Assembly (NCBI GenBank): GCA_951406725.2
Contig: OX597828.1
Location: 2,170,001-2,234,000 of the forward strand
Direction of reading: 5' to 3'
DNA from: Octopus vulgaris
Lineage: Eukaryota
DNA length: 64,000 nucleotides
Shown here: in pieces, positions 26,051 through 39,299 of the stretch
How positions within the stretch are numbered: position 1 is the stretch's first letter
Layout: each line of letters starts with the position of its first letter
The notes under the pieces: model-generated
Databases searched by the model: none
What the model saw: the letters and a program-made list of their open reading frames with translations, nothing else
Told to the model about the DNA's origin: nothing
Program-made: the position numbers and the translations under genes

Positions 26051-27200
26051 ATAATAAACACAAAAACAAACAAAAAATACAAGCACGCATATGTAATCAA
26101 TGACTAAACAAAGAAGACAATACTGATAGATTAAATAAGAATAAAACAAAGAAAGAACCCTCCACAAAATGCTGAATAACGGGTATGATAATTACCTCAA
26201 TATAAATCAAACTGATAACACAAAAAACAAGTATACCATCACAATTAACCTTGGAAATGGAAAACAAAAACATTGCAATGAAGTACTGAATAATAAAACT
26301 ACTAAAAAAATGGGCGTAAATATTTCCAGCACTAAAATTAGTTCTAAACCTGCTAATTGTCAACATAATTCCTACACCTATCGGAATACTAACACTGAAT
26401 ACAATAATTTCGGCTATCACAGGTTACTGATATTGTAAAATATAATCATAATTTCGTAAGACGGTCAATAATTTCGCACTTAATTTAAAAGACGCACATT
26501 TTTCTTGGGCAAAATGCAGCTTCATGGCGCTTTAGTTAAGATTAAATTAGTTACCAATTTGAAAAACTACAATCGCGATACATATATATGCATGCGTGTG
26601 CCGGTGCATACGAGCATTCGTGCGCGCGTGCATGTGTGTGTGTGTGTGTGTGTGGTGTGCGTGTGTGTGAGTGCATGTATATTTATGCAATTATTTGTGT
26701 ATATGTCAAAATAGAAACTTAAGGATTGGGGGAATTTTTTTCATACTGAATATTTCTGTGTATAGTTTCTTGGGTCATAATTAGTGTAAAGATGTGCACA
26801 CATACATACATACATGCATGCATACATACATACACACACATACACACACATGCATGTGTGTGTGTGTGTGTGCGTGTGTGTGTGAAGTTAGCTGAGCCCA
26901 TATGTCACGATACCGTGACAGCTGAGCCACATACCGACAAGTTCGGGTACAGTTCGTAAGATTCAACCTGCTGGTGACCATCGGAGGGTATTTAAAGGAT
27001 AAATCCAACCATTTCACTACAGTCGTCGATTGTGGAACACGACTGTCACTATATAAACCTAATGGTTGCATAACGCAGGAAAGTCCTACTTTGTTCCAAT
27101 ACTGTAAAATTGTAAGAATTACAATTAACAGAGCAGCAGTTTGAATGACATTGATTATTATATACACAATCATACAACTTATATGTAAATATATATAATA

Positions 27201-27325
27201 AGGCGCAGGAGTGGCAATGCGGTAAGAAATTTGCTTACCGACCGGATTCCGGGTTCAGTCCCACTGCATGGCACCTTATGAGTGGATTTGGTAGAGAAAA
27301 ACTGAATGAAGCCCATCGTATACAT
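27201..27325 (+). mobile_element. Internally deleted tRNA-derived SINE
   Basis: GGCGCAGGAGTGGC..CCGGGTTCAGTCCCACTGC head, as at 35570. Confidence 0.75.
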
Positions 27326-27327
27326 AC

Positions 27328-27396
<69 letters not shown>

Positions 27397-27458
27397 TTTT
27401 TTGCGTAATGAGATAAAAACCAAGGCTGTATAGGTATTAGAGCATTTATAGATAGAAG

Positions 27459-27513
27459 GTCTTACAGCTGTTTCCAGGATATTAATTAATAATAATATCC
27501 CTTCATCGGAGAC
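27459..27513 (-). ncRNA. Type I hammerhead-like motif (core variant CCGAUGA)
   Basis: Minus strand: GUCU-CCGAUGA-A-GGGAUAUU..AAUAUCCUG-GAAAC-AGCU-GUA-AGAC. Palindromic stem III ACAGCUGU. Confidence 0.65.
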
Positions 27514-28435
27514 AGTGTGAGAGGAAAAATTAAGTCATAGTCAGTTTCGATGTGATACAAATAGAGAGTGAAGTGGTGGAAAGAAAATAGATGTAAGATA
27601 CGTATGGTTATTGAATTCGTAAATCCGTTTTATAGGCATAATGGTATATATGTGTAATATTCCAATATCCTTTGAGTAAAATCCAAAAGTCCAACAGAGT
27701 TTAATATGAGTCCACCCAGATATAGAGTTTATAAGCAATGTAAGATTCTCTTAAAGTTGGTAATTCCCAACAAATTTATATAGAGTGTAGTAGATTCGGA
27801 TCTTTTCTAAAAGATGGACAGAATTTCTACTTAACTAAATAATTTGAAACTTCGTATACTGGTAGAATGTGTCAAAAGAAAACATTAATTTCAATTAAGT
27901 TTTTTTGCTTATTCGAGGCTGCTACAATAGATTCAAAGTTAGGTGAGTTTGAATAAGATAGTTTCAGGGTGGATCTATTAAAGATAGAGTGATATTTATG
28001 TTGTCGAGGGAAGTTAGAGTCTAGTATTCTAAAGTAGGATTTAACTAGGTTCTTAACGTTAAGTGGGAATGGTGGTGTGTACCATAAAATAGAGCGACCG
28101 CCACTTTTTTAGGGGGTCTAAATTGTTAGATAAATGAGTGTTATCTAACTTTTATGTAGGGTATGTAGGGTGTTATAAATACAATCCTCGTGTATAATCG
28201 TTCCTACCCATGCAGTTATCTATATCCTGCTTGTGTACATATATTTACATATACCCACATGCATGCATACATGCATACCCTCACTCGTACATATATACGC
28301 GCGCATGGGGGAATGCGTGTATATAGGTAAACGAATATAATCAGATGGTTGTATATGTGAGAAACTAGATAGGGGTTATGAGTTGGAGTGTAAATTTATG
28401 GGTTAATGGGATTACCTAAGAATTATTTCGGAAAT

Positions 28436-28961
28436 GTAAAAATATGAAAAATCAACGAAAATGCATATTGCAAATAGTAAAAGGCTATTTAGGACAGGTA
28501 GCGACAAATATATACATTTAGATTGACTGAGGTAGTAATACGAGTCATAAAGGTCATTATTATGACATGATTATAAGATGATAATAAAGTAAGAGAACAA
28601 AACGAACCAATGGTTTACGCGAAGCTATTATTCATCGTTTGAGCAACACCGGTTAATATACGGTGTCAGGTCTAATAGTTCCTGAGAAAAAAGATTATTT
28701 GTAAGGGACGTAAGTAGTTCTGGATTTAGAGATGTGATTGGTGTAGGAAGTGCATAGGGTTAACGATGAATAGCTTCGGGTAAACCATTGGTTCGTTTTG
28801 TTCTCTTACTTTATTATCATCTCATAATCATGTCATAATAATGACCTTTATGACTCGTATTACTACCTCAGTCAATCTAAATGTATATATATGTCGCTAC
28901 CTGTCATAAATAGCCTTTTTCTATTTGCAATATGCATTTTCGTTGATTTTTCATATTTTAC
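28436..28961. repeat. Long inverted repeat (~200-bp arms, ~120-bp spacer)
   Basis: 28436-28639 is the near-perfect reverse complement of 28762-28961. Confidence 0.92.
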
Positions 28962-28966
28962 CCCTA

Positions 28967-29046
<80 letters not shown>

Positions 29047-29112
29047 CAAAATAAGCAACAAGGATATCCAGATTTAATGCAGTACGATCGTTTCATGCAG
29101 TACGATCGTTTC

Positions 29113-29200
29113 ATGCAGTACGATCGTTTCATGCAACTCATCTTATTTGAACAATGCAATCATTACATCAATTTAAAATGCAGAGCAATCTTCAGCTGCA
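29113..29200 (-). ncRNA. Type I hammerhead ribozyme (family B)
   Basis: Minus strand: UGCAG-CUGAAGA-UUGC..GCAU-GAAAC-GAUC-GUA-CUGCA. Same family as 37095-37185. Confidence 0.75.
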
Positions 29201-30531
29201 CAAAGACATAGAATTTAATTAAATTAGAACAGATGTACACATTAATATAATTACACCTAAAATTTCGAAGAAGTTAAGGAGATAGACAAAGAACTTGTTG
29301 TCTCCACTTCAGCATAGAAGCTAATAAATTATCAAGAAGACTCTACATGTCATTAATTTTATTTGTTTTTATGAGGGTCAGTTTTAATTTATAGACTACT
29401 TTATCAAATCCCTGTATATCTAAGGCTGAGACAATAAAGGGCGGTATCTGTTAGGGGTTGAGCTGAGGAAGCAGACAGACGTCATAATTGGTATAGTCAT
29501 GAAAATCAAGATTTATTAAAAGCAGCATCATGAGATTTGTTAAAGGAAAACTTAAAACAAGATGCTAGCTGACAATTAAGGGGCTCGCCCACTAGCAGAC
29601 CATTGATAATGGAACAGGGGAAGTCTTATCATATAGTACTATAGTTAAATGCTTGAAACAATGTTGCTATATTGTACATAGTTAAAGTTTAGGGCTATTC
29701 AGAGGGTTATTAAGAAGAATATTTCAACAAAAGGATAGAAATTGATGAATACTTTTGAGTGTATACCAAACTTTTGCCACAATAGAGGAAAGAAATTATC
29801 CAGAAATAGTTTAATATTTATACATATTGTACACTTAAATACTAACTCATCAGATGGTATCTGTGAATATTGATTAATTGGTATATGCTGGTATTAATAA
29901 AGGAGTATTGAGGTGAAAGAACGTTCTAATTATATATTAATAAAATTATAATCTAAGTAGTTTTTTTATAAGTAGTGAATATACCAGTACAGTTTTATAT
30001 AAGCTAAGTATGAATTTATAGAAATACAAAGATTACAAAGATTAGCTTAATTTTATGAATAATTAAAAGCAAATTATAAAATAATCAAGAAATAAAATAA
30101 AATAATCAAGTATGGCAGAACACCATAGAAAAGGAATAAAATAGCTTAATTACTAATACTATGGTAAAGTATATCTAGCTTATTAACACCAATAGAGAAG
30201 ATTTATAGAAAAATTATATATTTATTGGTTGTATACTGTCAACATAACGTGACAGTCCCGTCAAGGGAATTACCTCACCGCTATTTAGCCCTAGGATGCA
30301 TCGGCGCTTCCTGTCGGCCTTGACACATTTCATGTGTCCTTATATATTTACGAAGGGGAGACAAGCACCCCCAACATTGATATGACCAATTCTTTCTAGC
30401 CTTTATTTTTCCTCCCTCTGGCTGCTTTTCTCTCCACAAAACGAAAAGTTACATTGCGGAACAGTCATTTTAACGAGTTGTATCTATTTATCACACGACG
30501 AGATATATCTGCACCACCGGATACTCCTGAA

Positions 30532-30569
<38 letters not shown>

Positions 30570-30982
30570 GAATTTTTGTTAACATCTTCGTTCGACTCCA
30601 TTCTTATACAACACACAAATTTCTACACATGAACCCGGAGTTTCTACTCTTGACAGGTCGCTTCAACCGTGTTTTCTGACGTGAATTTGCTATCTAGGTT
30701 TCGGTTAAATGAATTTTCCATGCTGACGATAAACATAGGATAATTCATTCACCTACTTATATATATATAAATAATTCTCTCTCCCTGATAATAAACTGCA
30801 GATCCTTCTGTAGCGATTTGTTGCTCTGTAACTCACGTGGGTGGACGGGGAAGAATGCAAAGCCTCATTCGTACTTTTTGAATTCGTTAGTACTGACGGT
30901 CGAAGATGATTTGTCTGGGATTACTCATATCAGACGGGTGTGTTCGATTTTTAGTGCTCTCAAATTTAAACCTAACGAAATC

Positions 30983-31044
30983 CTTGGCTGATGACGGAAA
31001 TGTTGATCTCTATATCTAACTAATCCAGAAACGGCGTTCTCAAG
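30983..31044 (+). ncRNA. Type I hammerhead-like motif
   Basis: CUUGG-CUGAUGA(30988)-CGGA..UCCA-GAAAC(31028)-GGC-GUU-CUCAAG. Stems are imperfect. Confidence 0.55.
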
Positions 31045-31232
31045 TAATCGATGTACGTGTGATCTTTCGTTATTTTTTCCCTCTATACCTACGTGAATTA
31101 TTTTTGAGTATACATTGTCTGGGAGACTTTTCTTATAGTAGAGGAAATAGCTAAAGTTTTTGGCTGCTATTTCTAAAAGTTCGGTGTGTGATAAAGTAAA
31201 TTTTTTTACTGAACCCTAATTATATAACGTAA

Positions 31233-31303
<71 letters not shown>

Positions 31304-31309
31304 CGTAAT

Positions 31310-31345
<36 letters not shown>

Positions 31346-31372
31346 TGTATGATTGATTTATGGAATAAAGAT

Positions 31373-31883
31373 CTACAAATCCAATCATATTTCTAAAACA
31401 TGTTGGAGGTAAGATGGTAAAAAGTGGTAAGAATTTATTCATGCATACAGTCGTTTCGTATATAGATATAAATTCATTTTAGAATTTTGCAAATATCATA
31501 GCACTCATTAGTGCAGAGAAAAAATAATAGGAACTTAAAAAAAAAAGAGCAGAGAAATTGGATCTATGAGTTTCATGTTTATTTGTTCCTATCAGTGTGA
31601 TAGTGATGTGAGTCATGTCAATTACTGTGGCTTAATAATTGACATGACTCCCATCACTATCACACTGATAGGAACAGATAAACATGAACTTTATGAATGC
31701 AACTTCTCTACTCATTTTTTAAAGTTCCTATTATTTTTTCTCTGCACTGATGAGTACTATGATATTTGCAAAATTCTAAAATGAATTTATTTCCATGTAC
31801 TACACAATTGTATACATGAATAAACTTCCTACAACTTTTTAACATATCTCCTCCATTTTTGACAATATGATTGGATTTGTAGA
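31373..31883. repeat. Fold-back inverted repeat (~250-bp diverged arms, ~10-bp loop) containing a decayed hammerhead in each arm
   Basis: 31373-31623 is the diverged reverse complement of 31634-31883. The right arm has CTGATGA-GTAC at 31747. The left arm (minus strand) has TAC-GAAAC-GACT-GTA-TGCA. Confidence 0.85.
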
Positions 31884-33317
31884 ACTTCGTTCGAAAATAC
31901 ACTTAATAAACAAATACTACTTTTCATAACTTCGCCAATTTACACCAGTAAACTCTCAGCAAAGTATGAAGAATCAACGTTAGAAATATTTTTGGAAACC
32001 ACTCCAATTAAAGGAAGAATCGACATTCAACCTTTTACACACGTATATATGTGCATATGTATGTGTAAACACACACACACGCGCGCACACACATACAAAT
32101 ATATATGTATGTATAATTGTATAAGTATATATATATGTATATAAAAGTGTTATTATATCCTAACTTCATATATATAACTGTCATCCACACTCACTCTTAA
32201 TACTTTCCGGTTGAATCGGAAGTGAATACACTAATGGATGTTGTAATGCATCATTGTTGTGATTCTAACTGTTCTCCATGCACACGATAAATTATAAAAT
32301 TATTATATATTTCCCAAATTACCGCTACACCAGAAATTACGCCAACCTTTGAAATATAGCTAACATTCTTATAGGAATAATCACTTTTGTATGACATTGA
32401 ATAGAAATATTGCAACTCAGTGACATGATATATATTCTGAAAGGAATGAAAGCTATAAAAATACTGACAAGAACTCTTTCCCTCTCCAGAAAAGTACTAA
32501 AACTATACAGGCTACTAACACCATGCAAGCAATACAAATTCAATAGGAATATAAGTAGACCTCTCCTCGTAGCTGAGAAAATACTGCTTCTATTAATGCA
32601 GGTAATTACTTCAATAAAACTGGTAAAATTAGCAGCAAGATGCTTATATCACTATCAATAATTTTTTCTACAGCAACTGAAAAGCAAAAAAATAAATAAA
32701 TAAATAAAATACTTCACAAGATAAAATCCTAGATTTTCCTCGGAGTTTTCAAATACGGAATGCAATAAATTGTAACTATAGAATAGCCATAAACACCCAC
32801 TTAAAGGTAATTGCTAAATAAGCAATATTGTATTTTAGTGTAATATCACCTAGGAAAAACAATCGTCTCTGCTGCTAACTTGAAACACATAAACATAACT
32901 TTAAACATAAAACATTAATATTTTCAACATCTTCAGTGAATACTCCGGTCTTCAACATTAAAGGAGATAGTATCTGCATCCAGCTTTAAAGGGAATAGGC
33001 GTAAGCTTAAATTATGTACACTGGAATACCTCAAAATAATAATCGGTACATTACAACTGCTTAATAGGAAAACTGAATAATAGTCCCTTGCATCTATTAT
33101 CTAGTTAAATATAATGTTAAGTAAAAATAGCTAAGTAAAAATATAATGCTTAGTAAAAATAAATAACAAACCTTTGAATTCATTTGATACGTTTGATTAA
33201 TTTAATGCTTTAATAAAAAGTATTATTAAATACTTTTAACCTCACAGCAATACCTCCATCCATAAACATGCCTGCATCTTTACATACATACACACACACA
33301 CATACATATGTGTGTGC

Positions 33318-33376
<59 letters not shown>

Positions 33377-33398
33377 TATGTGTGTGTGTATGTACATA

Positions 33399-33433
<35 letters not shown>

Positions 33434-33554
33434 CAACGACGATGATAATGATGATGGTGGTGGTGGTGGTGGTGGTGGTGATGGTGATGATGGACTCTCC
33501 CACCGAAGACGACGTATGAGTGCTCAGCTTTTGCCGAACGACCTGTTAATAGTG

Positions 33555-33768
33555 ATCAAATTTTCTTGCTGTACATTAACTCGCTTTCTCCATCAAATCG
33601 ACGTTGTTTGAACAGGCCACAGTGTGTCATATGTCAGGTGTTGAAGTGATTGCAGTGCAACATGAGATGAAGTGTTTTGCTCAAGAACACAACGCACCAC
33701 CCGGTCTAGGATTTGAAATCACCATTGCTAGATTGTGAGTGCAATACTCCAACCACTAAGCCATGCGC

Positions 33769-33770
<2 letters not shown>
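33555..33770 (-). mobile_element. tRNA-derived SINE
   Basis: Minus-strand head GGGCGCATGGCTTAGTGGTTGG..TTTCAAATCC; same family as 5270-5608. Confidence 0.8.
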
Positions 33771-33823
<53 letters not shown>

Positions 33824-33826
33824 AAC

Positions 33827-33888
<62 letters not shown>

Positions 33889-33997
33889 GGGTGTGTATAT
33901 GATTTGTGTATAGAAGAATATATTGCTCAAAGAAATTCCAACTTTGATTTTCACGTTATATTTACAATCTTATAATAATATAAAATAATATAAATGT

Positions 33998-34187
33998 GAC
34001 GAGCTGGCAGAATCGTTAGCACACCGGACGAAATGTCTTTACGTTCTGAGTTCAAATTCCGCCGAGGTCGACTTTGCCTTTCATCCTTTCGGGTCGATAA
34101 ATTAAGTACGAGTTGCGTACTGGGGTTAATGTAATCGACTGGCCACCCTCTCCTAAAAATTTCAGACCTTGTGTCTAGAGTAGAAAA
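33998..34187 (+). mobile_element. tRNA-derived SINE
   Basis: GAGCTGGCAGAATCGTTAGC A box and GAGTTCAAATTCC B box; multi-copy in this window. Confidence 0.85.
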
Positions 34188-34269
34188 GAAAGTAATATAA
34201 GATAATATAATATAATGAAATGATAGAATATCAAATGTCCATTCTGATTGAACTAGTACTTTCATGCAT

Positions 34270-35450
34270 TAAACTATGCAATCTTCAGGTTCATGTAGTA
34301 GTGGTGACAGTTATGCTTTACAATTTACAACTGTGGCGAGACGGCTAAAGTGTTTGATTGTTTTTTATACGTTTAAGTGCAGACATTTCGGATTTGTTGA
34401 TGTTTGGCCTAACATCGCTATTGCGTTTAAGGGGAAGTTTTGACAGAATATCAATGTATTGGTCAAGTCGTAATTTACGACAGAATTTTTGGATATCTTC
34501 TTTTAGTTCTTGGTGGTTGACTGTTGAGTGCAGGTGTAAATTTCAGTTCTTTTGACAGAAGTTGGATTTCATCATTGTCAAGATATCTTTTGGATAAACT
34601 GATTATTTTAGGATCTGTATGTTCAGTTGTTTTGGGCATGTTTCCTCTGGGATTTTTCTTTTTCCAGTGTTTGTTGTCGTGACGTTAAAAAATGGATTTT
34701 TCTGTTTATGTCTTATGTTCCTGTTGATGTTTGCTTGATGGACTTTGCGTTTTGGTTGTGGTATTTTACTTGGTTTCGTTATGTCTTCTCTCCTGTTTTT
34801 AGTATTATGTATATTATTTTTCAATTTGTCGTTAGTATTCTTTTTAACTACTTGGGGGAATGACCTAGGTTTACTTCGAGAGCTAGATCAGTTTTTGCCC
34901 AGTTTCTTGTGGACAATCTCTGTTGTGGTCTTGAAAACCATCTCCTGTTATTTCCACTCCTAATGTTCTGCTCAAAGGAATATCTATCTTGTTTGTGCTT
35001 TTTGTTCTTATTGTGTGCATTAGGGCGTTTTTGTTCTTATTGTGTGCATTAGGGTGTTTGCATACAAAAAGGTGAAACGAGTGTTCATGTTGCCACGTGT
35101 TCTGACGTATGTTATATTGGTGAGATTGTCCACTTGTAATGTTATTTTTCAGAGTTCTAGAGTCTTTACCATAACTAGTAGCATATTTGTTGAGAAATAA
35201 TTGTTTCTGCTGGTATGACTTTCTTGATCTGCTTTCTTCTTTTGAGATATCTCTGATCCAGAGTTCTCGCAGTTTTCTGTTATATTGCCAGTCGTTAGTT
35301 GGCCATCGACAGCTTCGTTTTTGGCCTTGTAACGGGATTGTTTACACAGGGTAATGGAGATGTTGGTCCTGAATTTTGTCAAGGTAAACTCCCATCGAAG
35401 TTTTGTTTTTTCCTCTGGTTTTCCTTATAGCAATAGTTATAAAATATACA
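34270..35450 (-). mobile_element. Penelope-like element, N-terminal region (degenerate)
   Basis: Minus-strand LSKELKFTPA (~34530-34560) and DIQKFCRKLRL (~34465-34500), typical of the PLE region preceding the RT. Confidence 0.6.
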
Positions 35451-35569
35451 AGAGAAAACCCTCCACAACCTCCTTGATGTCAGAAATAAACGAAAGAAAT
35501 CTGGAAAACGAAAGACATCGAAAAAGAAAATAGATGTGGCAGACATGGAAAAAATTTCTTAATATAATA

Positions 35570-35740
35570 GGCGCAGGAGTGGCTGTGTGGTAAGTAGCTT
35601 GCTTACGAACCACATGGTTCCGGGTTCAGTACCACTGCGTGGCACCTTGGGCAAGTGTCTTCTTCTATAGCCTCGGGCCGACCAAAGCCTTGTGAGTGGA
35701 TTTGGTAGACGGAAAGTGAAAGAAGTCCGTCGTATATATT

Positions 35741-35803
<63 letters not shown>

Positions 35804-36003
35804 TTGTTTGTGTGTCTGTGTTTGAGCCGCTAGCATTGCTTGACAACCGATGCTGGTGTGTTTATGTCCCCGTCACTTAGCGGTTCGGCAAAAGAGACCG
35901 ATAGAATAAGTACTGGGCTTACCAAGAATAAGTCCCGGGGTCGAGTTGCTCGATTTAAGGCGGTGCTCCAGCATGGCCGCAGTCAAATAACTGAAACAAG
36001 TAA
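35570..36003 (+). mobile_element. Full-length tRNA-derived SINE with internal (TA)n/(GT)n
   Basis: A box TGGCTGTGTGG, B-box-like GGTTCAGTACC and conserved tail CCAGCATGGCCGCAGTC. Tail fragments also occur at ~21830-21990, ~37960-38120 and ~51310. Confidence 0.88.
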
Positions 36004-36069
36004 AATAGTAAAAGAGTATAAGAAAGCAAAACTTCGGGAAGGCATATAAATGTGAAAAATATGCCGACA

Positions 36070-36399
36070 TAGATTTCTTTAGCGGCACCCATACTTCCTC
36101 GGAAGTACCTAATTAAAAAAATTGTAAGAGAACCAGAAATTTAATTTATAGCATCAAATGCCCAAATTGTGAAGAACTATATGTAGGTCAGACTGTAAAT
36201 GCACTCTCAGAACATTCACGTTTGCACCGACAGCAAATTAGAGACCCAGATACCATTGAGTAACCATCTAGCAACATGCGGTCAGAAAATATTTAAAATA
36301 TTTCCATTCCACAAACAACACAGTCCAAGTGAAATTGAAGGAAAAATCAGAGAAAAGAACTTTATTTATAAATTCCAACCCAAGCTAAATAAACAATAA
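36070..36399 (+). mobile_element. Penelope-like GIY-YIG endonuclease remnant
   Basis: NLIYSIKCPNCEELYVGQT (~36138-36196) and REKNFIYKFQPKLN (to 36390), frameshifted. Confidence 0.8.
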
Positions 36400-36828
36400 T
36401 ACTAATACTTAGAGGTACTATTTCTACTGCTACGACTACTACCCTAACAACAACAATACTAAAGGTGCTTATTATGGTGATAGCAGTAAAATACTAGTTA
36501 AGTCGAGAGAAAAATCAGTAAAACATCTTAATTTTGGATTCAAAGCTTTAGAACCACAGTTACTCCTACCATCACCACCATCAACAACAACAACAACGAC
36601 AACAATAATGAAGGAGATGATGATGATGATAATTGAAATGTAAAAATCCCTGGAAAATGTTGTTTATAACATTTCTAAAAATAGCCCAACAATTACGGGT
36701 TTGATCAGGGTCAAAATACACGTCTCTTGACATATTCAACAAACCGCAGATGTAAATTGTAAAACATAACTGTCACCACTACTACACGAACCTGAAGATT
36801 GGATAATTTAATGCAGATTGGATAATTT

Positions 36829-37139
36829 AATATTACATCAATTTTAAAATGTAGAGCAATCTTCAGCTGCATAAAAATGTAGAATTTAGTTAAATTCAAA
36901 GGATTCATTTGTATAGTTATTCTATTAATCAAAATCACTAAGAGGATACGTAGATAGACAAAGAACATGTTTCATCAGCAACATCATAGTTGTTGATGAA
37001 ACATGTTCTTTGTCTACTTATCCTCTTAGTGATTTTGATTAATAGAATAACTATACAAATGAATCCTTTGAATTTAACTAAATTCTATATTTTTATGCAG
37101 CTGAAGATTGCTCTTACATTTTAAAACTGATGTAATATT
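36829..37139. repeat. Fold-back palindrome (~150-bp arms, 6-nt loop)
   Basis: 36829-36982 is the reverse complement of 36989-37139, with loop ATCATA. Confidence 0.92.
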
Positions 37140-37185
37140 TGCATTGTTCAATTAAATGGAGTCGCATGAAACGATCGTACTGCAT
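37095..37185 (+). ncRNA. Type I hammerhead ribozyme (family B)
   Basis: AUGCAG-CUGAAGA(37101)-UUGC..GCAU-GAAAC(37168)-GAUC-GUA-CUGCAU. 6-bp stem I and palindromic stem III ACGAUCGU. Confidence 0.8.
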
Positions 37186-37217
37186 TACCTCTGGATATCC
37201 TTGTTGCTTATTTTGAT

Positions 37218-37292
<75 letters not shown>

Positions 37293-37309
37293 GTGTATGT
37301 ATGTGTGTC

Positions 37310-37342
<33 letters not shown>

Positions 37343-38145
37343 CCCTGTATATGTCAATTAAGTATGCTGCATGTCAAGCTATAGATATTGGAGCGTGTGT
37401 ACGTGCAAACGAAAGTGTACTTTTGCTTAACTATAAAGAAACCCCCTTTAGCTCTAATATGTTATATCTTAGTTCACTCCGTATCCATTACACCAGATTG
37501 GATACAAGTTTATCACGTTTACTATCATCTGATATTATAATCATGCTTTTATAATCATTCCATATGTGTGTGTCTATTCTTCGTATCCCTGCATATGTAG
37601 GTATATCCTTCTTCTTTTATCTTTAATTTTATTTTCAATTGCTTCTATCATTGGATAACAGTCATGGTGAGATACCGCTTCGACGGGTTTTAGTCTAGCA
37701 GACTGGACGGAAGTTTAACACGTTTATTATCATCTATATTGTGATTAGATAACCAATCCCCTTACTATTGCATTTAAGTAATTTATTTGACCCTTATAAA
37801 GACAAGATTGGATTCTGCAGGGAAAAATGTGTCTGTTGAACTGCTATAAAGTGACTTAAGGATAATTTTTCGCGTGTTAAACAAACTCTGTTGATTTGTT
37901 GATGCAGCAGTGTGATTGGTAAACGGGCATTTTACTTACTGAGTTATGTTTATATGGTTTACTTGTTTCAGTTATTGGGCTGAAGTCTTACTAAGTCACC
38001 GTCATGCAGGGTTTTTAGTCAAATAAATGGACCCTGTTTTTTTAACCTGGTACTTATTCCTTCTGTCTTCTGCCGAGCCGCTAAGTTTCTGGGACGTAAA
38101 CAAGCCAACAGTGGCTTATAGAGTTCTGTGGCAGACACACACACA

Positions 38146-38190
<45 letters not shown>

Positions 38191-38192
<2 letters not shown>

Positions 38193-39053
38193 TGGCTGAC
38201 GTGCTCGGTAATTCCCGGGAAAGCGGGGCTTATGCCTTGGTTCCGTTCTCCTAATTGTTTCGCTAATCCAATAACAACAATACAAAAACCTTAAAACGGT
38301 TTTTGTGCATTTACAGAGAATACCGAACTACCTTACGCAAGATCTTGCTTTTAAGAAATCCCAATAAGTTATGAATACCCAAATTATGAAGTCAGTTATG
38401 TAATAACATGAAATTAGTTACCCGATAGTAATAATTCAAATAAAGTAGCCCCGAAAAGGGCTTTAATGCGTTCTCAGAGTATATAGAACTTAGGAGGAAA
38501 TACTAATAAGGTATGTCTACTAAAATCGTGAAGCATGTTACGTAATAACAGGCTAATCAGATATGAGATAATAACAATTCAAAGTAAATAACTCTGAAAA
38601 GGGATTTTGTGCGTTCCCAGAGAATATTACCCTCAGTGGCGCTAGTGTTGGTATATTCGTGAATAAGTCACTAACCGAAATAAGTGGATCTATTATTTAG
38701 GAAAATAATATTTACTTGTTTAAGGGTTGTACTGGATAAATTGCGAAAATAACACTAACAGTTCAAATAGTAAGAAATAAGCATACTCAATTTGATTTAT
38801 ACCAAATAATCTAGGAAAATTAATGGGTAATTCCCCTTGGCTGTTAAAATGAAATATGTTAGATTTATATAAGGATCCCTTCCAGGGGCCCTATTATCGA
38901 TTTTTTTTTCAACGATCTTAGTATGCTATAATGTTTCCAGACATGAGCTCTACTCACGTGTCGAGTTTCATCAAAATCGATAAAACTATGTAGGAGTTAT
39001 CTAACAGCTCCACAAACACACCCACAGACAGAATTTCCCACATATGTAGTAGA
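38191..39053 (-). mobile_element. Non-autonomous Helitron-like element (second family)
   Basis: Minus-strand 5' TCTACTAC end, shared GTTTCATCAAAATCG / CACAGACAGA block, and a degenerate 3' hairpin plus CCAG-T end. Confidence 0.55.
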
Positions 39054-39101
39054 TACACACACATACACACACACGCGCACACACACACACACACATACAC
39101 A

Positions 39102-39139
<38 letters not shown>

Positions 39140-39142
<3 letters not shown>

Positions 39143-39299
39143 CGAATTTATTTCAGTTTCCGTCTACCAAATCCATTCCCAAGACTTTGGTCAGCCCGGC
39201 CTATAGTAGAAGTTACTTAGACATGGTGTCACGCAGTGGGACTGAGTTTGAAATTATGCCGTTGAGAGCCAGACTTTTACCTCACAGTCATACCTGCGC
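39140..39299 (-). mobile_element. tRNA-derived SINE head
   Basis: Homologous to 35570-35730. Confidence 0.7.

Noticed and set aside
26903-27180. Solo LTR starting TGTCACG
   Set aside because: No clear terminal CA, TSD or second copy.
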